A stretch of DNA of 64,000 nt from IMG/VR virus record IMGVR_UViG_3300031521_000039, positions 21,198-85,197 of that record. One strand, given 5' to 3'. The DNA comes from a virus. Shown here in pieces: positions 29,570-39,446 of this stretch. Below the pieces are notes generated by a model that was given only the letters and a program-made list of their open reading frames with translations, did no database searches and had not been told where the DNA came from. A program made the position numbers and the translations under genes. Within the stretch, counting starts at the first letter, position 1. Each line of letters opens with the position of its first letter.

Positions 29570-29737
29570 TTATTTTAGTCTAAACCATGCTTTATAATAA
29601 TTAATCTTGCCTATATCTACTGGAACATCATTCCATATAACTCCATCATCCATACTATATTCTAAAGAGTTACAATCATCATTATGTTGTTTGTATACTG
29701 TTTGATATCCACCTTTATATATTTTTCCCTTTTCCAT
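29570..29737 (-). CDS. Hypothetical protein (55 aa, not in track)
   Basis: ATG overlaps the ligase stop; MEKGKIYKGGYQTVYK. Confidence 0.5.
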   Translation of the reverse strand: MEKGKIYKGGYQTVYKQHNDDCNSLEYSMDDGVIWNDVPVDIGKINYYKAWFRLK

Positions 29738-31017
29738 TAATTATAAGACACTTCCTTTCCTTCTTCTCTAATACATACAAATGTTGGAAATTGTAAACTG
29801 ATTAATTTAGTTTTCTTATCCATAGTTTCTTCTTTATATTTTACTTCTAAAATTCTACCTATGTATTTGTCACGATTTATCCAATATTCTTGACGTTGTT
29901 CATCTGAGTAGCCACTTCCTACATTAACCTTATTTCCTTTGTAGTCTATTATAAATGAACCTAATACTCCTTTATATTTTCCATCCCCTTCTTCATATCC
30001 AATGATTTTACAGTCCGCAGTTAAGAATTTTTTCACTTTTAATATTCCATTGTGTCGTTTGTTTCTCCATTCACAATCTTTAATAGCCATTAATCCTTCT
30101 TTATCTTCTGATGTAGCAACATCTAAATATTCATCTACTACTTCAATATCTGATCCTTCATAATAAACTTTTGGAATATCTAAATTTATTAATCCTTTTT
30201 CTAATGCTTCAGCTTTTAATTGTCTTAATTGTTTTAATCTTTCTTTGTATTTTAACTTGCTCTTTCCCGCAAAGAATTCATCTATAGGTAGTAAATCAAA
30301 TACTATAAAATCTATCATAGTTTTATATTCTGTATCTGAATTAACTATTGATGTAGTTAATCTAAAGTTTTCTCCATTTGATATATTATCTGTATTCTTT
30401 TTAACTAATTCACCATTGAAATAATATCCTTTGAAACTTGTTTGATTTAATTGTTCAAGTATATGAGATAAATTTGATATTTCTTTTCCTTGTCTACTGA
30501 GCATTATTCCATTAACATCTGAGCAATTAATACCATTAAGTTTTTCTTCTAAAATAAACCATGTACCTTTCTTTAATGGATATTTGTGTATTGGATATGC
30601 CTGTTGGATATTAAATTCTGGAATTAATCCTTTGATAGCTTTGTTAATTGTTTTACCTGATATATTACATCTAAGGTCTTTAGTAAGTACCTTAATCCAT
30701 AATTCTTGTTCTTCAGTAGATTTGATACTTAAAAATATTAATACTCTATTTCTAAGAATATCATTTATATTACTTTTTGACAGTTTATTCAACATATCGA
30801 ATCCATTGCTCCAAGTTTTATCATTATTTGCCACAAATTCATGTAGTAGACATCTAAGTTTCTTTTCGCTGAATCCAAATTGAATACTATCATTGTATGT
30901 ATAATATAGTATTTTAGTAAAATCTTCATTATCTTTATTATTTTGTATTATTGATACCTTGTCATTTGTACCACTTGTGCTTTCTAATTGGTTAATTATT
31001 TTTATTACTTCTTCCAT
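29737..31017 (-). CDS. lig: ATP-dependent DNA ligase
   Basis: EEKLNG (motif I variant), FNGEL, FDLL, EGLM, KVKKF, VGSG, FPTF..R. Confidence 0.92.
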   Translation of the reverse strand: MEEVIKIINQLESTSGTNDKVSIIQNNKDNEDFTKILYYTYNDSIQFGFSEKKLRCLLHEFVANNDKTWSNGFDMLNKLSKSNINDILRNRVLIFLSIKSTEEQELWIKVLTKDLRCNISGKTINKAIKGLIPEFNIQQAYPIHKYPLKKGTWFILEEKLNGINCSDVNGIMLSRQGKEISNLSHILEQLNQTSFKGYYFNGELVKKNTDNISNGENFRLTTSIVNSDTEYKTMIDFIVFDLLPIDEFFAGKSKLKYKERLKQLRQLKAEALEKGLINLDIPKVYYEGSDIEVVDEYLDVATSEDKEGLMAIKDCEWRNKRHNGILKVKKFLTADCKIIGYEEGDGKYKGVLGSFIIDYKGNKVNVGSGYSDEQRQEYWINRDKYIGRILEVKYKEETMDKKTKLISLQFPTFVCIREEGKEVSYN

Positions 31018-31114
31018 TTCTCTATCTCCTTTATTCTATTAATTTATTTACATATTATGTAATATAAGTTGTAAGGGCTTGTACTATTTAGAATTTAATT
31101 TCCCTTACAAGACT

Positions 31115-31143
31115 ATATTACTACTTATGGTTTGTTTTGTCAA
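31115..31143 (-). promoter_or_regulatory. sigmaA promoter for ligase
   Basis: TTGACA-N17-TAATAT. Confidence 0.55.
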
Positions 31144-31167
31144 TGTATTTATATTAATTTGTTTTAG

Positions 31168-32322
31168 TTATTTATATTTTTCAACTAATCTATCCATAAC
31201 ATCCCAATCTAATGTGCAATATAATTCTTCTTCATATTCTATCTCATTACCTCGTCCTAATGTTTGTGTTTCAAAGAATACTAATCCTTTTGTGTCTTTT
31301 TTATTTCTATTTATTTCATATCCTAAGTCAGCTTCATGCCAATATAAATATCTATCATTATCTGTATGAGTTGGATTTTCAGGACAAGTATTATGTAAGT
31401 ATAAAGTATCGTTTAACATATCTAATGCTTCATCTAATTGGCTATTGTAATCATAGTCATCATCGTATCTATGGGTTAATTTCCCTTTAGCATCATAACC
31501 TATATCATTAATCTGAACACAACATATTGGAGGTTGACCTAGTAAAAATTTAATATCTTCTATTTTGTCATAGCTTGTACATTCAAATTTGGGTAGTTTA
31601 GGTGCTTTTCTAAATATTAATATATGTGTTTTTATAGTTGTTCCACTTGCTGAAAATGTTTCTGGTGGTAATTCTATATTAGCAATAAACCAACAATTAT
31701 CCAATATGAATTCTCTAACTTTTTTTAAGGCTGATTTATAACCAATTCCACTAGGTAAAATAAATATTCCATAACCACCTACTTTTAATGATTTAACTGC
31801 CATTTCTAAAAAGAAAACATCACTATTAGCTTTGTATTTACCACTCTTTTTATCTAATTTGGTACAATCCCATTGTAAATCTCCTTCTACTGGTATATTA
31901 AAAGGAGGATTACTTATAATAGCATCGTAGTAATTTTCTCTGTAATGATTAATGGCACTATCATTTATTACTTCATGGTTTGTACAAATATTTAATATTT
32001 TAGCTGATACCTCATCAATTTCAACACAAGTTATTTTACTATCTTCTTTTATGTATTTAATTAAACTTCCACTACCAGCAGATGGTTCTAAAATTTTTGC
32101 TCCAACAGATAATTTAGGATTAATATAATCAGCTATAAATTTTGACACACATGATGGAGTAAAAAATTGTGCTAAACCGTCAACACCTAATACTGAACCA
32201 TATCCACTATAGTTTTCTTTTAATAATTGTTTCTCTTCTTCTGTAATCTGTTCTAGTGGCTTATGTATTATTGATATACATTCTTTGTTTTTCATTACTC
32301 TTTTTCTTTCATCTGAATTCAT
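31168..32322 (-). CDS. Orphan N6-adenine DNA methyltransferase
   Basis: QFFTP, LEPSAGSG (motif I), NPPF (motif IV). Confidence 0.9.
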   Translation of the reverse strand: MNSDERKRVMKNKECISIIHKPLEQITEEEKQLLKENYSGYGSVLGVDGLAQFFTPSCVSKFIADYINPKLSVGAKILEPSAGSGSLIKYIKEDSKITCVEIDEVSAKILNICTNHEVINDSAINHYRENYYDAIISNPPFNIPVEGDLQWDCTKLDKKSGKYKANSDVFFLEMAVKSLKVGGYGIFILPSGIGYKSALKKVREFILDNCWFIANIELPPETFSASGTTIKTHILIFRKAPKLPKFECTSYDKIEDIKFLLGQPPICCVQINDIGYDAKGKLTHRYDDDYDYNSQLDEALDMLNDTLYLHNTCPENPTHTDNDRYLYWHEADLGYEINRNKKDTKGLVFFETQTLGRGNEIEYEEELYCTLDWDVMDRLVEKYK

Positions 32323-32417
32323 TTCTTATAAAATCTCCTTTTTATTATATTTTATTTCTATTAATTTATTTAAATAAGACAAACATTTTCAATCTGCCTT
32401 ATTTTCTTTATATGGTT

Positions 32418-32822
32418 TTATAAACCTAATTCTGACTTTAATTTATAATATAAGCTTAGTTTCTCCTGATAATTTTGTTCTTTCTGTTCTTCTTCTAGTT
32501 TTTCTTTCTCTTTCAAGTCTTTTAATATTTCGTTTATTTCTTCTTGTGTAAAAACTTTGCATTCCACTAAGTCGTCTGCAAAATCACTATTTCCATATTC
32601 TCCTCCATCACAATAAGCCATAAGCATTTGATATAAATCGTATGAATCTTTATAGCTGAATACTGGCTTATTCCAATGGGTATCTATTTCTAACTCCCAA
32701 TATAGGAACTCATTTTCATGTGTTATCATAAGACTCCCATTATATCCAAAACTCCAACATATGTATTTAATATTCTTACCTTTTAAATCTTGTAAGTGTT
32801 CTAACATTTTTAAATTTACCAT
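32418..32822 (-). CDS. Hypothetical protein
   Basis: ORF with RBS. Confidence 0.55.
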   Translation of the reverse strand: MVNLKMLEHLQDLKGKNIKYICWSFGYNGSLMITHENEFLYWELEIDTHWNKPVFSYKDSYDLYQMLMAYCDGGEYGNSDFADDLVECKVFTQEEINEILKDLKEKEKLEEEQKEQNYQEKLSLYYKLKSELGL

Positions 32823-32957
32823 AATAATTCCTTCTTTCTATTAATTTGTTAACCTCTTATTTATAATAACATCTTTGGAATAATAATGCAATATATATAT
32901 TTCTATTAATTTATTATAAAAGAAAGGACAGAACTTTTACATTCTGCCTAACTCAAT

Positions 32958-33182
32958 TTATTTTATCTCTTTATTTTCTTGTTTATATATCTCAGTCATA
33001 AAGTAGTTATTTAACAATGCTAAAATAGTCCCTAATATAATTATAATGAATGATATTGAAATGGTATCACATCCAATAAATAGTTTAAATATTGTTGCAA
33101 CTGTTAATACTGAACCAACAATATTAATAAAAGCACTTATCATGCAACCTAGTATTTTTAAAATGCGTTTTAATACTTTCAT
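32958..33182 (-). CDS. Small two-TM membrane protein
   Basis: Two hydrophobic segments. Confidence 0.55.
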   Translation of the reverse strand: MKVLKRILKILGCMISAFINIVGSVLTVATIFKLFIGCDTISISFIIIILGTILALLNNYFMTEIYKQENKEIK

Positions 33183-33248
33183 AATTACATCTTCTTTCTC
33201 AGTAGTATTTAATTAATACTATTATGCTTGGATTAAATTTGTTGATTA

Positions 33249-33365
33249 TTATTCTTTATCTTCTTTTTTACTTTTTGAACTTGCAATAATTGCTTTGCAT
33301 ATAGGTTCTACTATACACATTCCTGTCATTAATATTATTAACATATAAAATGATAAATCTTCCAT
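33249..33365 (-). CDS. Small membrane peptide (38 aa, not in track)
   Basis: MEDLSFYMLIILMTGMCIVEPICKAII; RBS GGAAGG. Confidence 0.45.
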   Translation of the reverse strand: MEDLSFYMLIILMTGMCIVEPICKAIIASSKSKKEDKE

Positions 33366-33434
33366 AATTACACTACCTTCCTATTATGTATTAATTTATT
33401 GAATTAACTTAAAAGTATGATTTTAAGTGGTTAT

Positions 33435-33818
33435 TTAGAAATCGAGCCTAGTGATAGCCTTATTCTTAGAACGCATACTAGTTAAAATAAGATATAATTC
33501 ACTTGATTTTCTAATACCAGCAATCTTTTGACATATATCAGTCATTATTATTTGTTTTATACCAATTGAGTTTTCAAGAATGTCTCTTTCATGACAATAT
33601 ATTTGACATTGAACTCCATCTTCATTGAAATAGTAATATTTATCAACAATTTCCTTTTTATCTTTCTTAATTTCAGAGTTAAATTTTTTAAAAGTATTTG
33701 AAATATCAATAAGAACTTCATCAATATTTCTTATATCTCCATTTGGTAGATGAGTTACAATATTAATTTTAGCTAGAACATCTTGTACATGTATTTATTT
33801 TAAAACTAATGCTAACAT
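33435..33818 (-). pseudogene. Tape-measure-fragment-like ORF with in-frame TAA at codon 8
   Basis: ATG overlaps the dUTPase stop; MLALVLK* is followed by 119 open codons (DVLAKINIVTHLPNGDIRNIDEVLIDIS...ICQKIAGIRKSSELYLIL). Confidence 0.55.
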
Positions 33819-34975
33819 TATTTCACCCCCGTACTTGAATATCCACCCCTATTTACATCTCCAAGTTGTTCTACTATTTCAAATTCAACATTTTCCATAA
33901 CTCTATCAACTACTTCAAATTGTAAGATTCTATCATCGTAGTTTATTTCTCCATTTTTAGTACACCAAACCATTGCTCCCCATTCATCATCATTTCCTTG
34001 GAATTTATTATCTATTTGACCCACTGAATTAGTTAAAATAAATCCATAATTTTTAAACATTCCTGAACGTGGATAAACATTAGATTTCTTATTAGGTGGC
34101 ATCTTCATTGCAAATCCCAATTTAAAGAATAAAGTATCTCCAAAGCTATATTTACAAGGGAAAGTTGTTTCTACTCCATTCTTGAACACTCTACTTACTC
34201 TAAGATCCACTAAGTCTCCACCATCAATCTTTTCCATAGGTGTAATATTTTTATCTATGTATCTTACTTGTAATTTCATTGGCTCTAATTGTTCTTCATT
34301 TTTATTATTAAGAATAAGTCTTATAACATCATTTACAATATCACTATTGCCATTATAGAAAATATAAATAATTTTCTCTGCACAACCAGTAGTATAAGTT
34401 TCTATTTTTTGAATCATTTTCATATTTGATAAACTACTATTTTTTGTTCCTAAGTCATTGCATAATAAGTCCATAGTATTAAATTCTAAATCTAGCTTAT
34501 AGTTATCACCCACTTCTAAATTATCCATATTAGTATCTGATAACGGAACTTCAATTAATATTAATTTATCATTACCTAAACTTATTATATTTGTCTCGTA
34601 TATGTAATCAATTAAAAATTCCTTATTATTAATTTTAACAGTTATATTTGGAACACTTGGTGTTATATATTTTGTTTGAACTTTATCTATGATTTCTGCC
34701 TTCATATGTTCTAGTGTTTCCTTATTATTAAAATCCATTGTATATCCTTCTTCTATATCAATTGTTGATTTAATTTTATTATTCATTCTAAACTCTCCTT
34801 CTAATTCATCTATAATTTTTCTAATTTCTTCTTGATATAGACCGTTAAAAAACCATGAGTATTGAGAGTTTTCATTAGCTTGTCTATATATTATTTCAGC
34901 TTTGCAGATAGTTAATAATTCTGTTATTGATTTTTCATGATAATATTCTTTAAGTTTGTTTATATTGTCATTCAT
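33818..34975 (-). CDS. dut: Trimeric dUTPase with ~230-aa N-terminal extension
   Basis: GDLVDLR, PRSG, VGQIDNKFQG, RILQF, RGGYSSTG. Catalytic domain starts near 34279. Confidence 0.85.
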   Translation of the reverse strand: MNDNINKLKEYYHEKSITELLTICKAEIIYRQANENSQYSWFFNGLYQEEIRKIIDELEGEFRMNNKIKSTIDIEEGYTMDFNNKETLEHMKAEIIDKVQTKYITPSVPNITVKINNKEFLIDYIYETNIISLGNDKLILIEVPLSDTNMDNLEVGDNYKLDLEFNTMDLLCNDLGTKNSSLSNMKMIQKIETYTTGCAEKIIYIFYNGNSDIVNDVIRLILNNKNEEQLEPMKLQVRYIDKNITPMEKIDGGDLVDLRVSRVFKNGVETTFPCKYSFGDTLFFKLGFAMKMPPNKKSNVYPRSGMFKNYGFILTNSVGQIDNKFQGNDDEWGAMVWCTKNGEINYDDRILQFEVVDRVMENVEFEIVEQLGDVNRGGYSSTGVK

Positions 34976-35085
34976 TTTTAATCTCTCCTTTGATTTATTT
35001 CGTTTTGGCGACTGCACTTGTGAATAAGTGTATTGGTTAAATTGATAATTGGTAATACATGGTAAAATGTAGCAATTTAGCAGGT

Positions 35086-35283
35086 TTATTTTGCTTCATA
35101 TATTGCTATATGTGTAGGGTTATAATCATTTTCATCAACTTCATAAATCATATCGTTCCATTCAAAATATGGATATCCTGTTTGCTTTACTAATTCAAAG
35201 AAAATATTTATGTTTCCTATAAATATGTATTTAGATAATAATATTTCTTCCTTTTTAATATTTGTTTGTGGTTTTATATTCAT
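35086..35283 (-). CDS. Hypothetical protein
   Basis: RBS AAGGAG. Confidence 0.5.
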   Translation of the reverse strand: MNIKPQTNIKKEEILLSKYIFIGNINIFFELVKQTGYPYFEWNDMIYEVDENDYNPTHIAIYEAK

Positions 35284-35502
35284 TACAATCTCTCCTTTTT
35301 CACCATTCTATTATTTTATTAACTGACAATAAAATATCTGTTTTAATAGAATATTTAGTTTTTAACCTAGCCTATAGCCCCATTCTTAAAATTGATTTTT
35401 TGTATTTTTAGTAATTTTGACGAATTTCACTATAGTTGCTTTAGATTTAATTTTTCTTGGAATTTTCGATATTTACTTTTAAAATCAATCCTAGAGCGTT
35501 TT

Positions 35503-35973
35503 TTAATAATCTAATCCCTTTTTATAAATATGTTGATTTGAAGTTGCAAGTTTCACGTTATATTGTAAATTATTGTCACATCTTAATTCTTCTATATACC
35601 TTCCTGTTTTTATATAATCACATAATTCTAATTCAAATTTAGGACAGTCTTTTAAATCATATCTAGTAAATAACCATATTGGTTTATTTAATGTTTTTAA
35701 ATCTCTTAACATTTGTTCTAATTCGATATGATTTTGGTCATTAACTTCTCCTCCAAATATCTGTATTGAAGTTATCATATTATTAAAATCTTGAACTTTA
35801 GTTTTTATATTCTCAAAATACACCTTATTATATAAATCTCCCTCGTTAAAGTTCCAAGACTCAGGATTATGGCAGTTGGGGCAATGACCTAATTTGCCAT
35901 CACCCTTGCAACCTGCTACATATATTTCTAAGGCTCGTCTACTTAAAGTATATTGAGTGGCTAATACATTCAA
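35503..35973 (-). CDS. nrdG: Anaerobic RNR activase (radical SAM)
   Basis: GC-x8-CPNCHNP, GGE, DYIKTGRY, TSNQ; adjacent to nrdD. Confidence 0.88.
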   Translation of the reverse strand: MNVLATQYTLSRRALEIYVAGCKGDGKLGHCPNCHNPESWNFNEGDLYNKVYFENIKTKVQDFNNMITSIQIFGGEVNDQNHIELEQMLRDLKTLNKPIWLFTRYDLKDCPKFELELCDYIKTGRYIEELRCDNNLQYNVKLATSNQHIYKKGLDY

Positions 35974-37899
35974 TTATTTACTAGCCTTACCTATAGAATC
36001 TGAATTGTACATTTGTCTATTTGGAGCATCTTCTTCTCTTCTAACTTTGTGCCAGTTCTTAATATTAGTTAAGAAGCCAACTACTCTTGTATAAAAATCT
36101 TCAATTTCAGCACCACATATAGGACAAATATGGTCTGAACCTACTGTCATATGACCATTAGCACATTTTCTTAACATATAATTAATTGCAAAATATATTA
36201 CTCCTTGCTTTGCACATGTTTCAATTAATAACTTCATATCTTCTACATTGTCTAGTCTTTCATCACAAGATATATGCATTATTGAACCACCAGAAAAATA
36301 TTTATCAAATGTTCCTTGAAGTCTTATTCTATCTAGTAAATCTGCATTTACTATTAATGGTATAAATTGATTAGAATACAAGTTATATTCTGTTTGGTAC
36401 TTTAATAGTTGGTCTTTTGATGCTAATTTAATTGATACATTTTCTGCTGGAATTTGCTCACAATTATGAGGAGTTTTAAATCTCTTTTGCATTTTGTCAT
36501 TAACTGTATTTATTATATTAATGATTTCTAACCCTAATTGCATTCCATTCTCTGTTTTAATATCTTCTCCTAAATATGATATTGCTTCATTAAATCCATT
36601 AATTCCACAAGTTGAGTATTGAGTATTAATATCTACAAATCCTAAGTCATATAATGGGTGATTTCCATTATCTATTCTTTTTTGAACTATTTTTCTTTTT
36701 GTATGATTAATTTTTGCACACATCTCAACTAATAAAGCTAATTCTTTTTTAAATTCTTCTTTATCATTTTGATATTTTATTGATAATCTAGGTAAATTAA
36801 TTGTACAAACTCCTAAACTACCAATTTTACTTGAACCACTTCCAAAACTATTAAAATATTCATTAGTAGTTTCACTACGAAGTCTACAACAAGAAGATAA
36901 TGTGCTAGTCTTACCCATATACATGTTTATAAAAGCAAATTTCATATTCTTTTCTGCTATATAATTAACAAAACCTATATCTTGTAATTCTTGATTATCA
37001 TTTATACTAAAACAAGCTGTTGTAACAGGAAAAGTTATTGGGGTTCTTTCTTGTTCTCTATTCATAATATCTAAATATAAATTTTGCATCTTTTTAACTA
37101 TTTCTCTATCAGGATGACTACCATCTGGAAATATGTAATCATTAATCATCTTATCTAAGAATCTACCATCATAAATTGATACATTAGTAAATGGGGATTG
37201 ATTCCCTCTCATTGGTTGGTTTATTGTATATATAAATGATGTTAATTGTGAGTCAACATAGTTCCAACAATCTTCTTCTGTCATAAAAGAAAAATGTTCA
37301 TCTCTTTTATTTTCTATTATATTTTTAACATAGTAACTCATTACAACTAATAAATCTGCTAGTCCACAAGCTCCTAATGTTGAATTACTTGCAACTACTA
37401 CGAATTGTTCTAATTGAGATTTGAATGCAGTTAGATATTTAGGTGGTACACTATGTATTTTTTTAACCATACTAAGTCCATTCATCATAATGTCATATGT
37501 AGAATAATTATAACAATATGGTAATCCACCTCCTACGCCTATAAAATCATTTATGTAAATATCACCAACTAAATTCTTTTCTACAACTTCATTTGCAAAT
37601 CCTAGTCCATATAAAGCTTTAGATTCTTTCCACATCATATAGTAACTGTTTATCTTTTCAAAAGGTTTTTTCAATTCAGTTGAATAACTAATTACTGAAA
37701 CATCATCTACATTACTATTTTGATCTACAGATATATCTGTAGTAGTTTTTACTTTTTTACTAAAGAATCCTTTTGAAAATTTAGCTAAGTCTAACTGTGC
37801 CCCTATTCCATCCATATCAAATAACTCACTTGGATATTTACCTCTTAGATACATCATTAAATCATCGAATTCTCTTTCATAGCTTGTGTTAATATACAT
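35974..37899 (-). CDS. nrdD: Class III ribonucleotide reductase without ATP cone
   Basis: QSPFTN, TFPV, SSCCRL finger loop, PAEN, Zn motif and RVVGF glycyl-radical motif. Confidence 0.95.
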   Translation of the reverse strand: MYINTSYEREFDDLMMYLRGKYPSELFDMDGIGAQLDLAKFSKGFFSKKVKTTTDISVDQNSNVDDVSVISYSTELKKPFEKINSYYMMWKESKALYGLGFANEVVEKNLVGDIYINDFIGVGGGLPYCYNYSTYDIMMNGLSMVKKIHSVPPKYLTAFKSQLEQFVVVASNSTLGACGLADLLVVMSYYVKNIIENKRDEHFSFMTEEDCWNYVDSQLTSFIYTINQPMRGNQSPFTNVSIYDGRFLDKMINDYIFPDGSHPDREIVKKMQNLYLDIMNREQERTPITFPVTTACFSINDNQELQDIGFVNYIAEKNMKFAFINMYMGKTSTLSSCCRLRSETTNEYFNSFGSGSSKIGSLGVCTINLPRLSIKYQNDKEEFKKELALLVEMCAKINHTKRKIVQKRIDNGNHPLYDLGFVDINTQYSTCGINGFNEAISYLGEDIKTENGMQLGLEIINIINTVNDKMQKRFKTPHNCEQIPAENVSIKLASKDQLLKYQTEYNLYSNQFIPLIVNADLLDRIRLQGTFDKYFSGGSIMHISCDERLDNVEDMKLLIETCAKQGVIYFAINYMLRKCANGHMTVGSDHICPICGAEIEDFYTRVVGFLTNIKNWHKVRREEDAPNRQMYNSDSIGKASK

Positions 37900-37915
37900 T
37901 TATACATCTCTCCTT

Positions 37916-38137
37916 CTAGTTGTTTATTACTTCTTGTAAAGTTTTTAATTTATTATCAACCACTATTAATGGTAATGATAGCATGTCGTTTTCTTGTGCT
38001 AATTTTATATATTTATCTTGTTCTTCTTGTGGTAATTCATTTAATAATTTATATTCAAACTCCATACCTTTATTTGTTAGAACTGTTTTAGTCATGTTAC
38101 AAGCTGAACAATTTTGTTTTCCTATTAATAAAATCAT
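37916..38137 (-). CDS. nrdH: NrdH/glutaredoxin-like redoxin
   Basis: CSAC and SLPLI. Confidence 0.8.
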   Translation of the reverse strand: MILLIGKQNCSACNMTKTVLTNKGMEFEYKLLNELPQEEQDKYIKLAQENDMLSLPLIVVDNKLKTLQEVINN

Positions 38138-38317
38138 TTAAATTTCCTCCTTAATATAAAGTCCACATATGCAAATATCTTTCTCTCTTTTGTCTTTGCA
38201 AGGACATTTAGTATCCTCATTTTCAATAATCATACATGGACAATATTTGTTATTTGCTAATACTTTCATTGCTACTTCTTTTCTTTTTTTAATGTCTGGA
38301 TTTAATATCATTGACAT
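38138..38317 (-). CDS. Ferredoxin:thioredoxin reductase catalytic-subunit-like protein (59 aa, not in track)
   Basis: YCPC...KCPC...ICICGLY; stop abuts the redoxin ATG. Confidence 0.8.
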   Translation of the reverse strand: MSMILNPDIKKRKEVAMKVLANNKYCPCMIIENEDTKCPCKDKREKDICICGLYIKEEI

Positions 38318-38354
38318 CTTTCAAATCACTCTCTTTCTATTTTGTTATATTAAT

Positions 38355-39122
38355 TTATTTAAAATGACTTTCAGTAAGTAGATTATTACTTAGTAAAAAT
38401 GCTTTAAGCTCTACTTTAATTTCTTGGATATCATTATATTTACCCATATCAAATACAGGAATATCATATGCTTTAGCTATTCTAATTGCTTGTCCTGTAC
38501 CTCCACTACCTTTACCTTTCTTAGTCCAACATATAACAAATGCTGAAGGTGTTTCTAAATCTTGCCCTAATACTTGATGACTGTTTCTAGCTTGTAATTT
38601 TTGAGCACCTTGTTTTAAATTAAACCAATAAGGATGATATTTTTGTGCTATTTCAAAAGCTTTAGGATTAGATACTATTAACTTTGAATCAGAATTTTGA
38701 AATCCACTCCAAGGTAAATATATTTCTTTATCACCATTAACTTTATCACATCCATTTTCAAATGCTTTATCTGAACCGTCAGCACCACCAGAACGTAATT
38801 TGAATCCTTTGTTAGCAAAATATGTACCTAGACTTTCAAATAGTTCTAATATTTCTTGTGGTGTTTCTCTTGAACCTATTCCTGCATAATATATATTCAT
38901 TATATTATTATCGCCTAATGTATATTTATTGTCATTTGATATAATAGTAGGCATTTCATATGTTATTCCATTTGCTTCAAATCTTAGCATATGTGTGTTA
39001 ACATTTTTATTTGAAAACTCATCTAAAACTTTATCAGTTTGTTCTTGTTCCATTCCACTAGCTTCGTCAATAATTCCTTGTTGAGACTTAGCTCTTAGAC
39101 CTCTAACCATTTTATCATCCAT
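38355..39122 (-). CDS. SLOG/DprA-like protein with N-terminal terminase-motif-like extension
   Basis: YAGIGSRETP, LRSGGADGSD, ARNSHQVLG, GGTGQAIRIA. Confidence 0.75.
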   Translation of the reverse strand: MDDKMVRGLRAKSQQGIIDEASGMEQEQTDKVLDEFSNKNVNTHMLRFEANGITYEMPTIISNDNKYTLGDNNIMNIYYAGIGSRETPQEILELFESLGTYFANKGFKLRSGGADGSDKAFENGCDKVNGDKEIYLPWSGFQNSDSKLIVSNPKAFEIAQKYHPYWFNLKQGAQKLQARNSHQVLGQDLETPSAFVICWTKKGKGSGGTGQAIRIAKAYDIPVFDMGKYNDIQEIKVELKAFLLSNNLLTESHFK

Positions 39123-39124
39123 AA

Positions 39125-39427
39125 TTATAATTCAACTCCTTTACATATATTTTTATATTTATCTATATTGTTGTTTCTAACAGTCATTTGTTTTACATTA
39201 TCAAGCATTACATTACGTGCATCAGCAAATTGACTAAAGAAATCATTCTTTTCTAGTTCCTTATTTACTTCTTCTGTTATTGTTTTATATATTTTAGATT
39301 TATTACTCACAAATTGTTTATATACTTGCTTAGTATGTATTTTCTTTCCTAAGTATGGAATCTTATGATACCATTTATCTTTAATAGTAACCATGTCTCT
39401 TAATTCTTGTTCTTTACATTTATCCAT
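39125..39427 (-). CDS. Hypothetical protein with capsid-like segment
   Basis: ITEEVN...NDFFSQFADARNV. Confidence 0.45.
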   Translation of the reverse strand: MDKCKEQELRDMVTIKDKWYHKIPYLGKKIHTKQVYKQFVSNKSKIYKTITEEVNKELEKNDFFSQFADARNVMLDNVKQMTVRNNNIDKYKNICKGVEL

Positions 39428-39446
39428 TGAAAATTCTCCTTTTTAT

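Noticed and set aside
31168-32322. Complete restriction-modification system
   Set aside because: No adjacent HsdS, HsdR or REase; treated as an orphan protective methylase.
33795-33797. Stop-codon reassignment
   Set aside because: Only one in-frame TAA. Long genes translate cleanly in code 11 and TAA is the main stop.
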